Source of the DNA: Squalus acanthias
Lineage: Eukaryota
Assembly: GCA_030390025.1 (NCBI GenBank)
Contig: CM059431.1
Location: 128,528,001 to 128,592,000, forward strand
Length of the DNA: 64,000 nt
Reading direction: 5' to 3'
The position numbers and the translations under genes are program-made. The notes beneath the pieces are model-generated. The model was not told the origin of the DNA, did no database searches, and was given only the letters and a program-made list of their open reading frames with translations. Shown piece after piece: positions 24,871 through 37,765 of the stretch (positions within the stretch are counted from its first letter, which is position 1; every line of letters begins with the position of its first letter).

Positions 24871-26382
24871 CGGAGGTGGCCTCCAATTTACATCAACTTG
24901 ATTCCAGCAGAGGAGGAAGTGCTGCAAGTCAGTGGAGATGCAGAGCTGCTGGCAGTGCGAGACAGAGAGAGGGGGAACTCCCAGAAACCTGGTGACAGAA
25001 CTACATATCATATTGCTCCTGTGATGCTCATGTTGGAGATGGACTCTCCCATTCTCTGTACAGTCGCACACATTGCGGCTGCAAAAGCTGCCAGAGTCTC
25101 GCGCATTTGTTGCTGCTCCTCCAAGATCACCCTCTTTCTCAACGGCCCCCAAGGAGTGGGGGGGTGGGGGGCAGAGCTGAGCAAAGCTAGGAGCGTCCTG
25201 ATCCCTCCAGCGAGGACTCTGCACTGCTGTCCCTGTCTCCAACATCTGCTCTTGCTCACTTGTGATCTGTGAAGCACCAGGTGACAAGCCTACTCTATGT
25301 CTCGCTGGACCCACTGAGGTGCGCGTATCTGCGCTGGTGCTGGATGTGCAAGGGTCTGCTGACGCTGCACCCTCAAAGACTGGAGGTCCCTCTGAGGAGT
25401 CGTCTTCCTCCTCCAGCTGGACAGAGGGGGTGGTGGGGGGGGGCGCACTTGATGGACCTGTGGGAGTAAAGACATGAATTAGAAATGTAATGATACGAAT
25501 GAGCAACGTTACCATTATGTACATGATGACATTTCACTGGTTGCTGACTTCAAGTCACCATGAGTGACTTGTATACCATGTGGCTGTGTGAGATTTAATT
25601 CTGTCACCAGATTGCTGGAGATCCCCCTCTCTCCATCTCCCAGCACCAGCAGCTCTGCAACTCCAGTGATTTGTTGCGCCTCCTCCTCTGCTGGAGTCAA
25701 GTTGGTGTAAATTGGAGGCCACCTCCGGTTCGTTGCCTCTCCCGGATGTCTGGGCTCTTTTCTCCTGCAAGGAGGGAAAGACGAGAACTTTGAGTGAGAG
25801 TGAGGAATGAGTGTAAGGAATGGATGGGCTGCACCTGTAGCAGGTGACTATGAGGGAGTGGCGTGACATTGGCAAATGGCCTCCTTCTGTGGCGTTACTT
25901 CCTATGATTGCATCAGGATGAGGGAGAGTGTCAGTGGTGGTTAGTCAGATGGGGATGTGAGTCGGTGCATAGAGAGTGAGGGTTGGGTGCACCTTGCAAG
26001 GTAGCTCGGTGTGAGGATTGACGTGCAGGAGTCGGCTTCGGAAGGCAGAGCAATGGGGTTGGAGTGACAGGCACATCAGGATGTAGTTCAATGTGGCATT
26101 GCACTCACCTTTCCTGACCTCATGAGATCATTAAATCTTTTGCGGCACTGAATCATGGATTACCTAACTACATCCCTGCTGCTGACCTACTCTGCGGTCT
26201 CCAACCATGCTCTCTTGGTCTCACTGGAAGGTCTCTTGTGCCCATCCCCAGGGAACAGGATGTCCGTGCGTGCTCGAACTCCCTGGAGCAGGACTTCCAG
26301 GGAGGAGTCAGAGAATCTGGGCGCTGCCTTCTGCCGCTGGGACTGCAGGCTTCCTTCAAGCCTCAGATGGAAAATCTTTAAA

Positions 26383-26988
26383 AACATAGAAATATAGAAA
26401 AATAGGAGCAGGAGTAGGCCATTCAGCCCTTCGAGCCTGTGCTGCCATTCAATATGATCAAGGCTGATCCTTTATCTCAATACCATATTCCCGCTCTCTC
26501 CCCATACCCCTTGATGCCAATTGTGTCTAGAAATCTATCTATCCCCTTCTGAAATATATTCAGTGACTTGGTCTCCACAGCTGTCTGTGGTAGAGAATTC
26601 CACAGGTTCACCACCCTCTGAGTGAAGAAATTTCTTCTCATCTCAGTCCTAAATGTCCTACTCCATACCCTGAGACTGTGACCCCTCGTTCTAGACCCCC
26701 CAGCCAGGGGAAACATCCTCCCTGCATCCAGTCTGTCTAGCCCTGTCAGAATTTTATACGTTTCAATGAGATCCCCTCTCATTCTTCTAAACTCTAGTGA
26801 ATACAGGTCTAGTCGACCCAATCTCTCCTCATACGACAGTCTGGTGAACCTGCGCTGCACTCCCTCTATGGCAAGTATATCCTTTCTTAGGTAAGGAGAC
26901 CAAAACTGCACACAGTACTCCAGGTGAGGTCTCACCAAGTCCCTGTATAACTGTAGTAAGACATCTTTGCTCCTGTACTCAAATCCTC
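26383..26988 (-). mobile_element. CR1 3' fragment
   Basis: ORF 26477-26938 VRPHLEYCVQFWSPYLRKD...; acatagaaatatagaa tail. Confidence 0.92.
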
Positions 26989-27829
26989 AGTTTAGTTTCT
27001 GAACAGCCACACCTCTGCCAAAGAGCTGTGATCCCCCTCCAACAACCTTCAAGTGTGATGTGTGGCAGGCCCTTTTAAATAATTGAGCTCAAGGCAAGTC
27101 AGCAATGATGTCATCAGACCCACTCCATTTAATTGGCCGGGAAACCCGCAGGCCTAACTCCAATTGATCCAATTCAGTTAAAGACAAGGTGGACAGTGCG
27201 CTCTAAGGCTGACCCGCTACGCAGCCCGCCCCCCGCCCCACCCCACCCTCCCGAGTCGCCTCACAGCTAAAACTTCCGGTCATAGTTACAAATCTTCAGT
27301 TACTTTAGGGAGGCATCTTAAATTTTCCTTCTGTTGCTAACTAAATAAGCAGCTCCACAAAAGAAAGGGCAATATATTAAAAATGCTAATATGCTCATTT
27401 TATTTCAAGGACATGTCCGTTGTGTAGTGTTACTATTTATTTATTCTTTTTGTGTAATTATGAATATAAATTTGTGTCCTTTTGATTTTAACTAAGTCCT
27501 CCATTTATGTATAGAATTATTTCACTAAGTCTATATTAATATTAAATTAAGCAGTAAATAAAATAGTGAGAAATTTTGGAATTGATTAGTCCTAACACAG
27601 AAAACAAATTAATTGGATTGGCAGGAACAACATGTTCTATCTTGCTTCACAAAGCTTGAACTGCACATTGCCTAATGGTACACTGGAAATAATTTAGTTT
27701 CCCTTTGCTCAAAGGATGGAAAGTAAAGCTAACTAATGTGCAGGTCAGTTGGGAGCATTAAAAGGCAGGCTGTGGTAGTGACGGAAATATTGATCAATTG
27801 TTCACAGTAGTATAATGGAGATGTGTGAA

Positions 27830-28280
27830 CAGCCCTGCTACTTTTCATGCTGAAGAGTTAGATGTCCTGCGGCAGGGTGTGCACTGAAGGAAGGTAGCCT
27901 TATCTGGGGCTGAAAACACCACCCAAAGAACACATCCATGGAGGTTGCTGATCTAATCAATACAATCACCTAGATACCACATACCAGTCTCCAAATGAGG
28001 AATGGTATCCAAGGAACGTGAAAGCATCTGTATTCCTCAATTTTGCTTATGTTTCATGGGCACCATCAATCACATCACAGCCTCCATTGAAAACTTCCAC
28101 ATTCCCTCAAGCATTGTGCACGGCCACACATTCTTTCATTGTGCCAAAGCTACATGGCAAACTTTCCTTCAAGGTGCAGATGGCAGCAGAGAAACAGCAA
28201 GCAGTAACAGGCTACGGTGCTCCTCTGCTATTAAGGAGTGATTAGTGGGGTTAGCAGCCAAGGATACAGAGGACGCCCTG
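27830..28280 (+). mobile_element. Old Harbinger Myb/SANT gene relic
   Basis: FHAEELDVLRQGV-like segment and a downstream exon-2-like segment; heavily decayed. Confidence 0.4.
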
Positions 28281-28439
28281 TTCTCCTAAGAGCCATCCAC
28301 ACACTGTTTCTTCTCCTTCAAATAATACAGGTATGGTGGAATGCTGCTCAATGAAGTCATCATGGCTGCTTCCTGGAAGATATGCATACTGATAATTTTG
28401 TGGTCAGATGTTACCTGAACAGCAAATGGGTAATTTTGG

Positions 28440-28788
28440 AAACGCAGCAGCCAATTGGTGCACAACAAGCTCCCACAAACAGCAATGTGATAATGACCAG
28501 ATATTCTGTTTTTGTTGTGTTGATTGAGGGATAAATATTGGCCAGGACACCGGGGATAACTCCCCTGCTCTTCTTCGAAATAGTGCCATGGGATATTTTA
28601 CATCCACCTGAGAGAGCAGACAGGGTCTCGGTTTAACGTTTCATCTGAAAGACGGCACCTCTGACAGTGCAGCACTACCTCAGCACTGCACTGGAGTGTC
28701 AGCCTAGATTTATGTGCTCACTGTCCCTGGAGTGGGACTTGAACCCACAACCTTCTGACTCAGAGGCGACTGAGCCACAGCTGAGACT
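28440..28788 (-). mobile_element. DeuSINE (SacSINE1/AmnSINE1-like)
   Basis: tRNA-like head with gggttcaagtccc B-box; central gatgaaacgttaaaccgag...gtggatgtaaaatatcccatggcactatttcgaagaagagcagggg block. Confidence 0.85.
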
Positions 28789-29049
28789 TGGGATATTCAG
28801 TATGAGACCTTTAAAGTTAACTGAAATATAAGGCCTGTTCATGCTAACAGCGTGACCTCATTTTGTCTCCTCCAAATTGCCTTTCAAAATATCAGGGCTG
28901 TGAGCTCAGATGAACACAAATGCTTCCTCTCCCCACTACTACATTAGCATAACAAACCTACCCTCTCATCCCCAGAAATGACATTACCTGTTGTTTGTGG
29001 CTTCAAATCAAAACCTAAAAGAAATAAAAAGAATACTACAGGTATAAAT

Positions 29050-30337
29050 CCAGCACGGATTGTTAAAGGCACATCATGTTTAACCAACTTGATCGAGTTT
29101 TTTGATGAGGTAACAGAGAGGGTTGATAAGGGTAATGAGGTTGACGTGGTGTACATGGATTTCCAAAAGGCATTTGACAAAGTGCCACATAATAGGCTCG
29201 CCAGCAAAGTTGAAGCCCATGGAATAAAAGGGACAGTGGCAGCATAGATACAAAATTGGCTAAGTGACAGGAAACAGAGAGTAGCGGTGAACGGTTGTTT
29301 TTCGGACTGGAGGAAGGCATAAAGGGGTCGGTTCTAGGACCACTGCTTTTCTTGATATATATTAATGACTTGGACGTAGGTGTACAGGGCACAATTTCAA
29401 AATTTGGAGATGAAACAAATCTTGGAAATATAGTGGACAATGAGGAGCAGAGTGATAGACTTCAGGAAAACATAGACAGGCTGGTGAAATGGGCGGACAC
29501 GAGGCAGATGAAATTTAACGCAGAAAAGTGCGAAATTATATATTTTGGTAGAAAGAATGAGGAGAGGACATATCAACAAAATGGTACAATCCTAAAGGAG
29601 GTGCAGGAACAGAGAGACCTGGGAGTATGTGTGCACAAATCATTGAAGGTGGCAGGGCAGTTTGAGAAAGTGGTTAAAAAGGCTTATGGGATCCTGGGCT
29701 TCATAAATAGAGGCAGAGAGTACAAAAGTGTGGAAATTATGATTAACCTGTATAAAACACTGGTCCGGCCCCAACTGGAGTACTGTGTACAATTCTGGGT
29801 ACCACACTTTAGGAAGGATGTAAAGGCCTCAGAGAAGGTGCAGAAAAGATTTATGAGAATGATTCCAGGAATAAGGGACTTCAGTTACGTTGATAGACTG
29901 GAGAATCTGGGGTTATTCACCTTGGAGCAGAGAAGATTGAGAGGAGATTTGATAGAGGTGTTCAAAATCATTAGGGGTCTGGACAGAGTAGATAGAGAGA
30001 AACTGTTCCCATTGGCAGAAGGGTTGAGAACCAGAGGACACAGATTTAAGGTGATTGGCAAAAAAAAAACAAAGGCGCGTAAGAAATTGTTTTACGCAGC
30101 GAGTGGTTAAGATCTAGAATACACTGCCTGAAAGGGTGGTGAAGGCAGACTCAATCTTATCTTTCAAAAGGGAGTTGGTCTTATCTTTCAAAAGGGAGTT
30201 GGATAAGTATCTGAAGGAAAAAGTTTTGCAGGGCTACGGGGATAGGGCAGGGGAGTGGGACTAGCTGAGGGTTGACATGGGCTCGACGGGCCGAATGGCC
30301 GCCTTCCATGCTGTAACCATTCTACGATTCTATGATT
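29050..30337 (+). mobile_element. CR1 LINE, 5'-truncated
   Basis: SCLTNLIEFF, DFQKAFDKVPH, GSVLGPLLF, VRPQLEYCVQFW; ttctacgattctatgatt tail. Confidence 0.92.
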
Positions 30338-31329
30338 GCATGATTTTACAAACTCCAGTACCTAGAGCAAGAATTAATGTAAAAGTGGCATTGCCCCAAT
30401 TTTGCAATGTCCTGTAAGTGTGGCCGAGAAATTGCACGTCCAATTCTCTGTGTTCCCGATTTTCCTACAGGTGATTTTGAGGCAGGGTTTGTGGGGTGTT
30501 GAATTCATGCTTCCGGCATGTGCAAACTTCATTCAAAATATTCCAAACAAATTCCACACTGACTATCTCAAGTTCAGTGAGACTCTGCCCACAGTGTTGG
30601 CCTTGTGCATGAGTACCAGGCTTGCCTACTATTAAAGATAAATTGCTGCTGTTCAGGTTGCTTCTCAAGCACTAATTCTTGACTGCAAATATTTTTTCAG
30701 TTTCTACAATGAACACTTTGCAAAGTTTTGTTTGACACGATCGGTTATTTGACTGTGTTGCACTTCCATTTCCAAAAACAACAACTTGTATTTATATAGC
30801 GCCTTTACCGTAGTAAAACATCCCAAGGTGCTTCACAGGAGTGTTATAACAAATTTGACACCGAGCCACATAAGGAGAAATTAGGGCAGGTGATCAAAAG
30901 CTTGGCCAAAGAGGTAGGTTTTAATGAGTGTCTTAAGGGAGGATAGAGAGGCGGAGAGGTTTAGGCAGGGAATTCCAGAGCTTAGGGCCTAGGCAGCTGA
31001 AGGCACGGCCACCAATGGTGAGTGATTATAATCAGGGATGCTCAAGAGGACAGAATTAGAGGAGCGCAGGGTGTTGTGGGGCTGGAGGAGATTACAGAGA
31101 CAGGGAGGGGCGAGGCCATGGAGGGATTTGAATACAAGGATGAGAATTTTAAAATCAAGGCATTGCTTAACCAGGAGGCAATATAGGCCAGCGAGCACAG
31201 GGGTGATGGGTGAACGGAACTTGGTGCGAGTTAGGACATGGGCAGCGGAGTTTTGGAGGACCTCAAGTTTACGTGGGGTAGAATGTGGGAGGCCAGCCAG
31301 GAGTGCGTTGGAATAGTCAAGTCTACAGG

Positions 31330-33863
31330 TAGGGTTGCGAAGGGGTGGAAAGTTTCTGGTAAGTTTCCGGAAATTTTTCACGGGAAGTTTAGCTTGGGAA
31401 TTTTGGGAATTTTGCCCAAAAAAGCACATGCTAGCATAATATTGTTTTTTTTTGTATTTTTTTTTTCCACAGGTCCTCTCTTAAAATTGCTAACAGAGAT
31501 GGAATCTTAATTATTAAGGTATTTCTTAATCAATATATCTTTATCTTCTTACTTGGCTTGTTTTAATAATTACAAGTTTTGTGTGTGACTGTGAACAAAT
31601 TTGTCCTGATTGGTTGGATGAGTGGATGAGCGATTAGCTCCCTCGATTGGTGATGTAGTGTCGTGCGTGCACAGGTCATGCTTCCATCACATGGAGCATC
31701 AGGAAAAATGTACTCACCCTGTTGCAATCGTGCTGATCGACCGCAGTTTGACACAGAGACGAATGCCCTTTATTTCTCTGCATAGAACAATGCCATGTTT
31801 ACCGTCGGATGTGTGGAAGCATTTTACCCCAGGCATTAAAGATGGAAAGACTGTGTACATGTGCAAACACTGTACAAAGCCATATGTAAAGAATGCCACA
31901 AAGATGCAGCAGCATTTATCCAAATTCAACAACTTCACTCAAAGCTCACAGCAGTCAGCCCAGAGTTCCTGTGCTTCCATTCAAGAAGATGATGGTTCAC
32001 ATTCAGCATCAGGCTCCTTATCATCAGCAACTCCTGGCCCACTTGGAAGGTTCTTTGATACAATGGATAACCATAGCCAGAAGAATGCAGATGAGTGCCT
32101 TGCTCGAGCTGTATATGCGACAGGCTCACTCCTCATGCTCACAGCCAATGTGTACTGGAAGAGATTTTTCAATGTTATTCACCCTGCATACTGTCCTCCC
32201 ACCAGACATGCTTTGTCTACTTATTTGCTGGAGGCTGAGTATAACAGAGTCCAAGGAAAGCTCAGAGAAACAATAGAGATGGCAGACTGTGTTGCAGTTA
32301 TCTCAGATGGGTGGTCAAATGTATGAGGGGAGGGCATCATAAACTACATCGTCTCCACTCCTCTCCCAGTGTTCTTCAAGAGCACAGACACGAAGGACAA
32401 CAGACACACAGGCACATACATTGCTGATGAGCTGAAAGCGGTCATCAACGATCTTGGATCACAAAAGGTCTTTGCAGTAGTTACTGACAATGCTGCGAAT
32501 ATGAAGGCTGCTTGGGCTCAAGTGGAGGAGGCCTACCCTCATATTACATCTATTGGGTGCACAGCTCATGGGCTCAGCCTGCTCCTCAAGGACATCATGG
32601 GTTTGAGAACCATGGAAACACTGTACAAGAGAGCCAAGCAAGTTGTTAAGTATGTCAGGGGAAAACAGGTAGTTGCAGCAACCTACAACTCCAAGCAAAC
32701 GACAAAGAACAAGAACACCACACTGAAGCTGCCCAGCAACACTAGATGGGGTGGCGTTGTCATAATGTACAACAGCCTTCTGGAGGGTAAGGAGTCGCTG
32801 CAAGAAATGGCAATATCCCAGTCTGGGGATATGGAAACCACCATCAAGAAAATATTGCTGGATGATGTGTTTTGGGAGAGAGTGGTTAGCAGCCTTAAAC
32901 TACTCTCACCAGTAGCATCTGCAATTGCTCAGATTGAAGGAGATGACGCTGTCTTGTCAGATGTTCTCAGGCTTTTTGCTGATTTAAAAGAACAAATCAG
33001 CATTGCCCTACCCACATCCCTGCTGCTCAAAGCAGAGGACAAGGCAATTGTTCAATTCATACAGACGCGTCAAGAATTTAGTGTCAAGCCGATTCATGCT
33101 GCAGCATACATGCTGGACCCAAAGCATGTTGGGAAACCAATACTTTCTGGAGAACAGATCAACAGCGCTTAGTGTGATTTCTACCCTCTCACGCCAACTC
33201 AATCTGGACGTGGGCAAAGTTCTGGGAAGTCTGGCAAAGTTCTCTACCAAGCAAGGTCTTTGGAATGGGGACGGGATATGGGAATCATGCACGCATATCA
33301 GTGCACATACCTGGTGGAAGGGACTTTGTGCATCTGAGGCCCTGTCACCCATTGCATCGGTGATACTCCAAATCCCACCTTCATCAGCGGCCTCTGAACG
33401 AAACTGGTCACTTTTTGGGAATACACATACAAAGGTGCGCAACAGGCTGACTAACAAGAGAGTGGAGAAACTGATGGCTATCCGGGCGAACCTACAACTT
33501 ATTGAGCCAGATACAGAAGTGTCCACCACACAGCTAGACAGTGACACAGAGGAGGAAATGGACACGTCAGAGCCAGAGTCAGAGAATCAGGAGGAGCAAT
33601 GATGAGTAGAAGACTCAGAAGACTCATGAGTAGAAGACTCAAAGGGACAAAATAAGGACAAATTACAGGAAAATAAGCTGTTTTTATTTGTATGGAACAG
33701 TATGTCTATTTTGATGACAAAGATAATATAAGGGTCAGAGACAAAAACCATCAGTGTACAAAAAACCTCAAAATTCCCATAAATTCCCAAAATTCCCATA
33801 AATTCCTGAAAATTCCCATGGAAAGTTTCCTTTTTTAAAAATTCCCAGAATTTTGCAACCCTA
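31330..33863 (+). mobile_element. hAT DNA transposon, full length
   Basis: TIRs tagggttgcga / ttgcaacccta; perfect 8-bp TSD TCTACAGG (31322-31329, 33864-33871); subterminal gggaa/ttccc repeats. Confidence 0.96.
31790..33602 (+). pseudogene. hAT transposase (BED zinc finger, DUF659-like catalytic region, C-terminal dimerisation domain)
   Basis: DVWKHF..CKHC..NATKMQQHL; ISDGWSNV; VVTDNAANM; CTAHGLSLL; TRW; WW..PPSSAASERNWS..RNRL; one TGA at 32324-32326 and one frameshift near 33170. Confidence 0.92.
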
Positions 33864-35751
33864 TCTACAGGTAACAAAGGCATGGCTGAGGGTTTCAGCA
33901 GAAGATGAGCTGAGGCAGGGGCAGAGACCAGCAATGTTACGGAGGTGGAAATAGGTGGTCTTAGTTAAGCCGCGGATATGTGGTCGGAAGAACATTTCAG
34001 GGTAAATATGACGCCAAGGTTGCGAACAGTCTGGTTTAGTCTCAGACAGATACTAGGGAGAGGGATGAAGTCAGTGGCTAGAAATGGAATTTGTGGCAGG
34101 GACCAAAGACAATGGCTTCGGTCTTCCCAATATTTAATGGGAGAAAATTTCTGCTCATCCAGTACTGGATGTCGGACAAGCAGTCTGACAATATAAAGAC
34201 CATGGAGGGGTCAAGAGAAGTGGTTGTGAGGTAGAGCTGTGTGTCGTCAGCGTACATATGGAAACTGACGCTGTGCTTTTGGATGATGTCACCAGGGGCA
34301 GCATGTAGATAAGAAATAGAAGGTAGCCAAGGATAGATCCTTGGGGGACCCCAGAGGTAACGATGCAGGAGCGGGAAGAGAAGCCATTGCAGGTGATTCT
34401 CTGGCTACGATTAGATAAGAATGGAACCAGGCGAGTGCAGTCCCACCCAGCTAGAGGATAGTGGAGAGGCGTTGGAGGAGGATGGAGTGGTCAACCGTGT
34501 CAAAGGCTACAGACAGGTCGAGAAGGACGAGGAGGGATAGTTTACCTTTGTCACAGTCACAAAGGATGTCATTTATGACTTTGAGAGCCGTTTCGGTACT
34601 GAGACAGGGCGGAAACCTGATTGCAGGGATTCAAACATGGAGTTCTGCGAAAGATGGGCATGGATTTGGGAGGTGACAACATGTTCAAAGACTTTGGAGA
34701 GGAAAAGGAGGATGGAGCGGTAGTTTGCAAGGATGGAGGGGTCAAGGGTTGTTTTTTGTGGAGAGGGGTAATGACGGCAGATTTGAAGGACAGGGGGACA
34801 GTACCTGAGGAGCGAAAACTATTAACAATGTCAGCTAACATGGGAGCCGGAAAAGGAAGATAGGTGGTCAGCAGTTTGGTGGGAATAGGTTTGAGGGAGC
34901 AGGAAGTGGGTTTCATGGACAAGATGAGCGCAAAGAGGTCATGAGGGGAGATCGGAGAGAACCTGGAGAAAGATGTGAGTTCAGGGCTAGGGTAGGGGGG
35001 AAGCTTACCCTGGTGAGCTAGGGGCAGGAAGGGAAGTGGCAGAGGCAGCTTAACCGATGGTCTCAATCTTAGAGACAAAGAAGTCCAAGAGCTCCTCGCA
35101 CTTGTTGTTGGTGGTGAGGGTGGAAGATACAGGAGAAAGGCATTTAAGCAGATGGTTAGCAGTAGAGAATAGAAGTTGGGGGTTAACTTTGCATTCTAGA
35201 ATGATCCTAGAATAGTGAGCAGTTTTGGCAGACGAGCGCAGGGCCTGATAATGCTCTTTGTGGTCCAGCCAGATCTGGCGGTGAATGGCTAAACCAGTTG
35301 TCTGCCATGTCCGTTCAAGTCTGCGTCCCTTGGACTTAAAGGAGTGAAGATGAAGGCCGTACTGGGGGTATGGCCAGGTTGAGAGAGAATAATGATTTTA
35401 ATGGGGACTAGGGCATCAAAGGTGGTGGCGAAGGTGTGGTTGAGCAGATCGTTAGCTGTAGAAATGTCATGGTGAATGGAGGGCCAAAGGCTGGACAGTT
35501 GGGATTTCATAAGTGCAGTTGTAAGAGAGTTGGGAGAAAGATTTTTCCAGGGGCGGACACAGAAGGAAGTAGGGTTGGGGGGGAAGGGGGATGTGGGTGG
35601 AGAGCGATACGAGGAAGTGGTCACAGATGACTTTATCTGCGATTGACATGATGTGAGTAGCAAGGCCACGAGAGATGGTAAGGTTGAGGGGGTGGCCGTG
35701 AATATGGGTTGGGGAGTTTACATGGTGGGATCGATTAAGAGAGGATAGGAG

Positions 35752-37765
35752 GATAGTGGTAGTTGTAGGGGATTCTATAATTAGGGGGACAGATAGCATC
35801 CTTTGTAAGCAAGATCGAGAGTCCCACATTGTATGTTGCCTACCTGGTGCCAGGGTGAGGGACATCTTGAACCAGCTTGAAAGGATATTGGAGAGGGCGG
35901 GGGAGGATCCAGTCGTTGTGGTCAATGTTGGGACCAACAACATAGGGAAGAGTAGGTAAGAGGTCCTGTTTGGGGAGTACAAGGAACTAGGAGCTAAATT
36001 AAAGAACGGGACCTCAAAGGTTATAATCTCTGGATTATTACCTGAGCCACATGCAAATTGGCGTAGGGTAAGTTGATTAGAAAAATGAACACATGGCTAA
36101 AGGAGTGGTGTGGGAAAAAAGGTTCCATTTCATGGGGCATTGGCACCAGGAAGGAACTGTACCGTTGGGACCGACTCCACCTGAACCGGTCTGGGACCAG
36201 GGTCCTAGCGGAAAGGATAAATAGGGTGGTCACAAGGACTTTAAACTAGTAAATGGGGCTGGGTTAGGTGAGAACATTGCAGATGCCCTAACTATAATCT
36301 TTCAATGTTTTCTCGATTCAGGAACTGTTCCTTTAGATTGGAAAATTGTGCATGTCATTCCACTATTTAAGAATGGCGAGAGAGGGAAACCAGGGAATTA
36401 TAGATCAGTTAGCCTAACATCTGTTATTGGGAAATTGCTAGAGTCTATAATTACGGTTAGGGTAATTGAACACCTTGAAAAATTTCAGTTGATCAGAGAG
36501 AGCCAGCATGGACTGGTGAAAGGTAGGCCATGCCTGACAAACCTGATTGAATTTTTTGAAGAGGTGACTGAAGTAGTAGACAGAGGAATGTCTATGGCTG
36601 TTATTTATATGGACTTCCAGAAGGCATTTGATAAAGTCCCACATAAGAGACTGTTAACTGAGGTAGGAGCCCATGGAATTGAGGGAAAATTATTGAACTG
36701 GTCAGGAAATTGGCTGAGTGCCAGGAGACAGAGTAGGGGTAATGGGTAGGTACTCAAATTGGCAGGATGTGGCAGGGATCTGTGTTGGAGCCTCAACTAT
36801 TCACAGTATTTATTGATGACTTAGATGATGGTATAGAAAGTTATATATCCAAATTTGCCGATGACACAAAGATAGGCAGTATTGTAGGCAGTGTAGATGA
36901 AAGCATAAACTTACAAAGGGATATTGATACAAAGGCAAAACTGTGGCAAATGGATTTCAATTTAAGCAAATGTAAGGCTCTCCATTTTGGACCTAAAAAG
37001 GGATAGAACAGGGTACTTTCTAAATGGTGAAAAGCTAAAAACAGTGGATGTCTAAAGATACTTGAAGGTTCAGGTACATAGATAATTAAAACGTCATGAG
37101 CAGGTACAGAAATTAATCAAAAAGGCTAATGGAATGCTGGCCTTTATATCTAGAGGACTAGAATACAAGAGAGTAGAAGTTATGCGGCAGCTATACAAAG
37201 CCCTGGCTAGAACACACCTGGAGTACTGTGAGCAGTTCTGGGCATCACACCTTAGGAAGGATATATTGGTCTTGGAGAGAATGCAGCATAGCTTTACCAG
37301 AATGATACCTGGACTCCAAGGGTTAAGTTATGAGGAGAGATTACTCAAATTAGGGTTGTATTCCCTAGAATTTAGAAGGTTAAGGGGTGATCTGATCAAA
37401 GTTTCCAAGATATTAAGGGGAATAGAAAGGGTAGATAGAGAGAAACTATTTCCGCTGGTTGGGGATTCTAGGACTCGGGGGCAGAGTCTAACAATTAGAG
37501 CCAGACCTTTCAGCAGTGAAATTAGGAGAAACTTCAACACACAAAGGGTGGTAGAAGTTTGGAACTCTCTTCCGCAAATGACAATTGATGCCAGATCAAT
37601 TGTTAATTTTAAATCTGAGATTGAAAGCTTTTTGTTAACCAAAGGTATTAAGGGATATGGCCGAAAGTCGGGTATATGGAGTTAGGTCGCATATAGCCAT
37701 GATCTCATTGAATGGCGGAACAGGCTCGAGGGGCTGAATGGCCTACTCCTGTTCCTATGTTCCTA
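35752..37765 (+). mobile_element. CR1 with ORF1 esterase part and internal deletion, inserted in L2
   Basis: VVVGDSIIRG...CLPGARVRD...VNVGTNNIG (SGNH esterase), jumping near 36270 to mid-ORF2; CR1 tail at 37690-37765. Confidence 0.9.

Larger units (their letters stand above)
21990..26350 (-). pseudogene. Harbinger Myb/SANT-like DNA-binding protein gene, three exons (about 26350-26109, 25764-25608, 25457-about 21990), exon 3 split by insertions
   Basis: AAPRFSDSSLEVLLQGVRARTDILF...KRAWLE...IQCRKRFNDL followed by gtgag; GT/AG boundaries at the same positions as in the H2 copy. Confidence 0.8.
19657..27281 (+). mobile_element. Two-gene PIF/Harbinger transposon (H1) carrying nested CR1 and Penelope insertions
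   Basis: Imperfect TIRs ggctggaatttt / aaacttccggtc flanked by ATA on both sides (3-bp TSD); transposase on +, convergent Myb/SANT gene on -. Confidence 0.8.

Noticed and set aside
23671..25524. 617-aa ORF as a novel Myb-region/RT fusion gene
   Set aside because: It is a chance read-through across Harbinger intron and exon 3, the antisense chimeric insert and a truncated CR1, and it stops at a frameshift before the RT catalytic motifs.
28735..28788. tRNA gene (also 39546-39615)
   Set aside because: The A/B-box-like heads continue into SINE bodies; no complete cloverleaf is supported.
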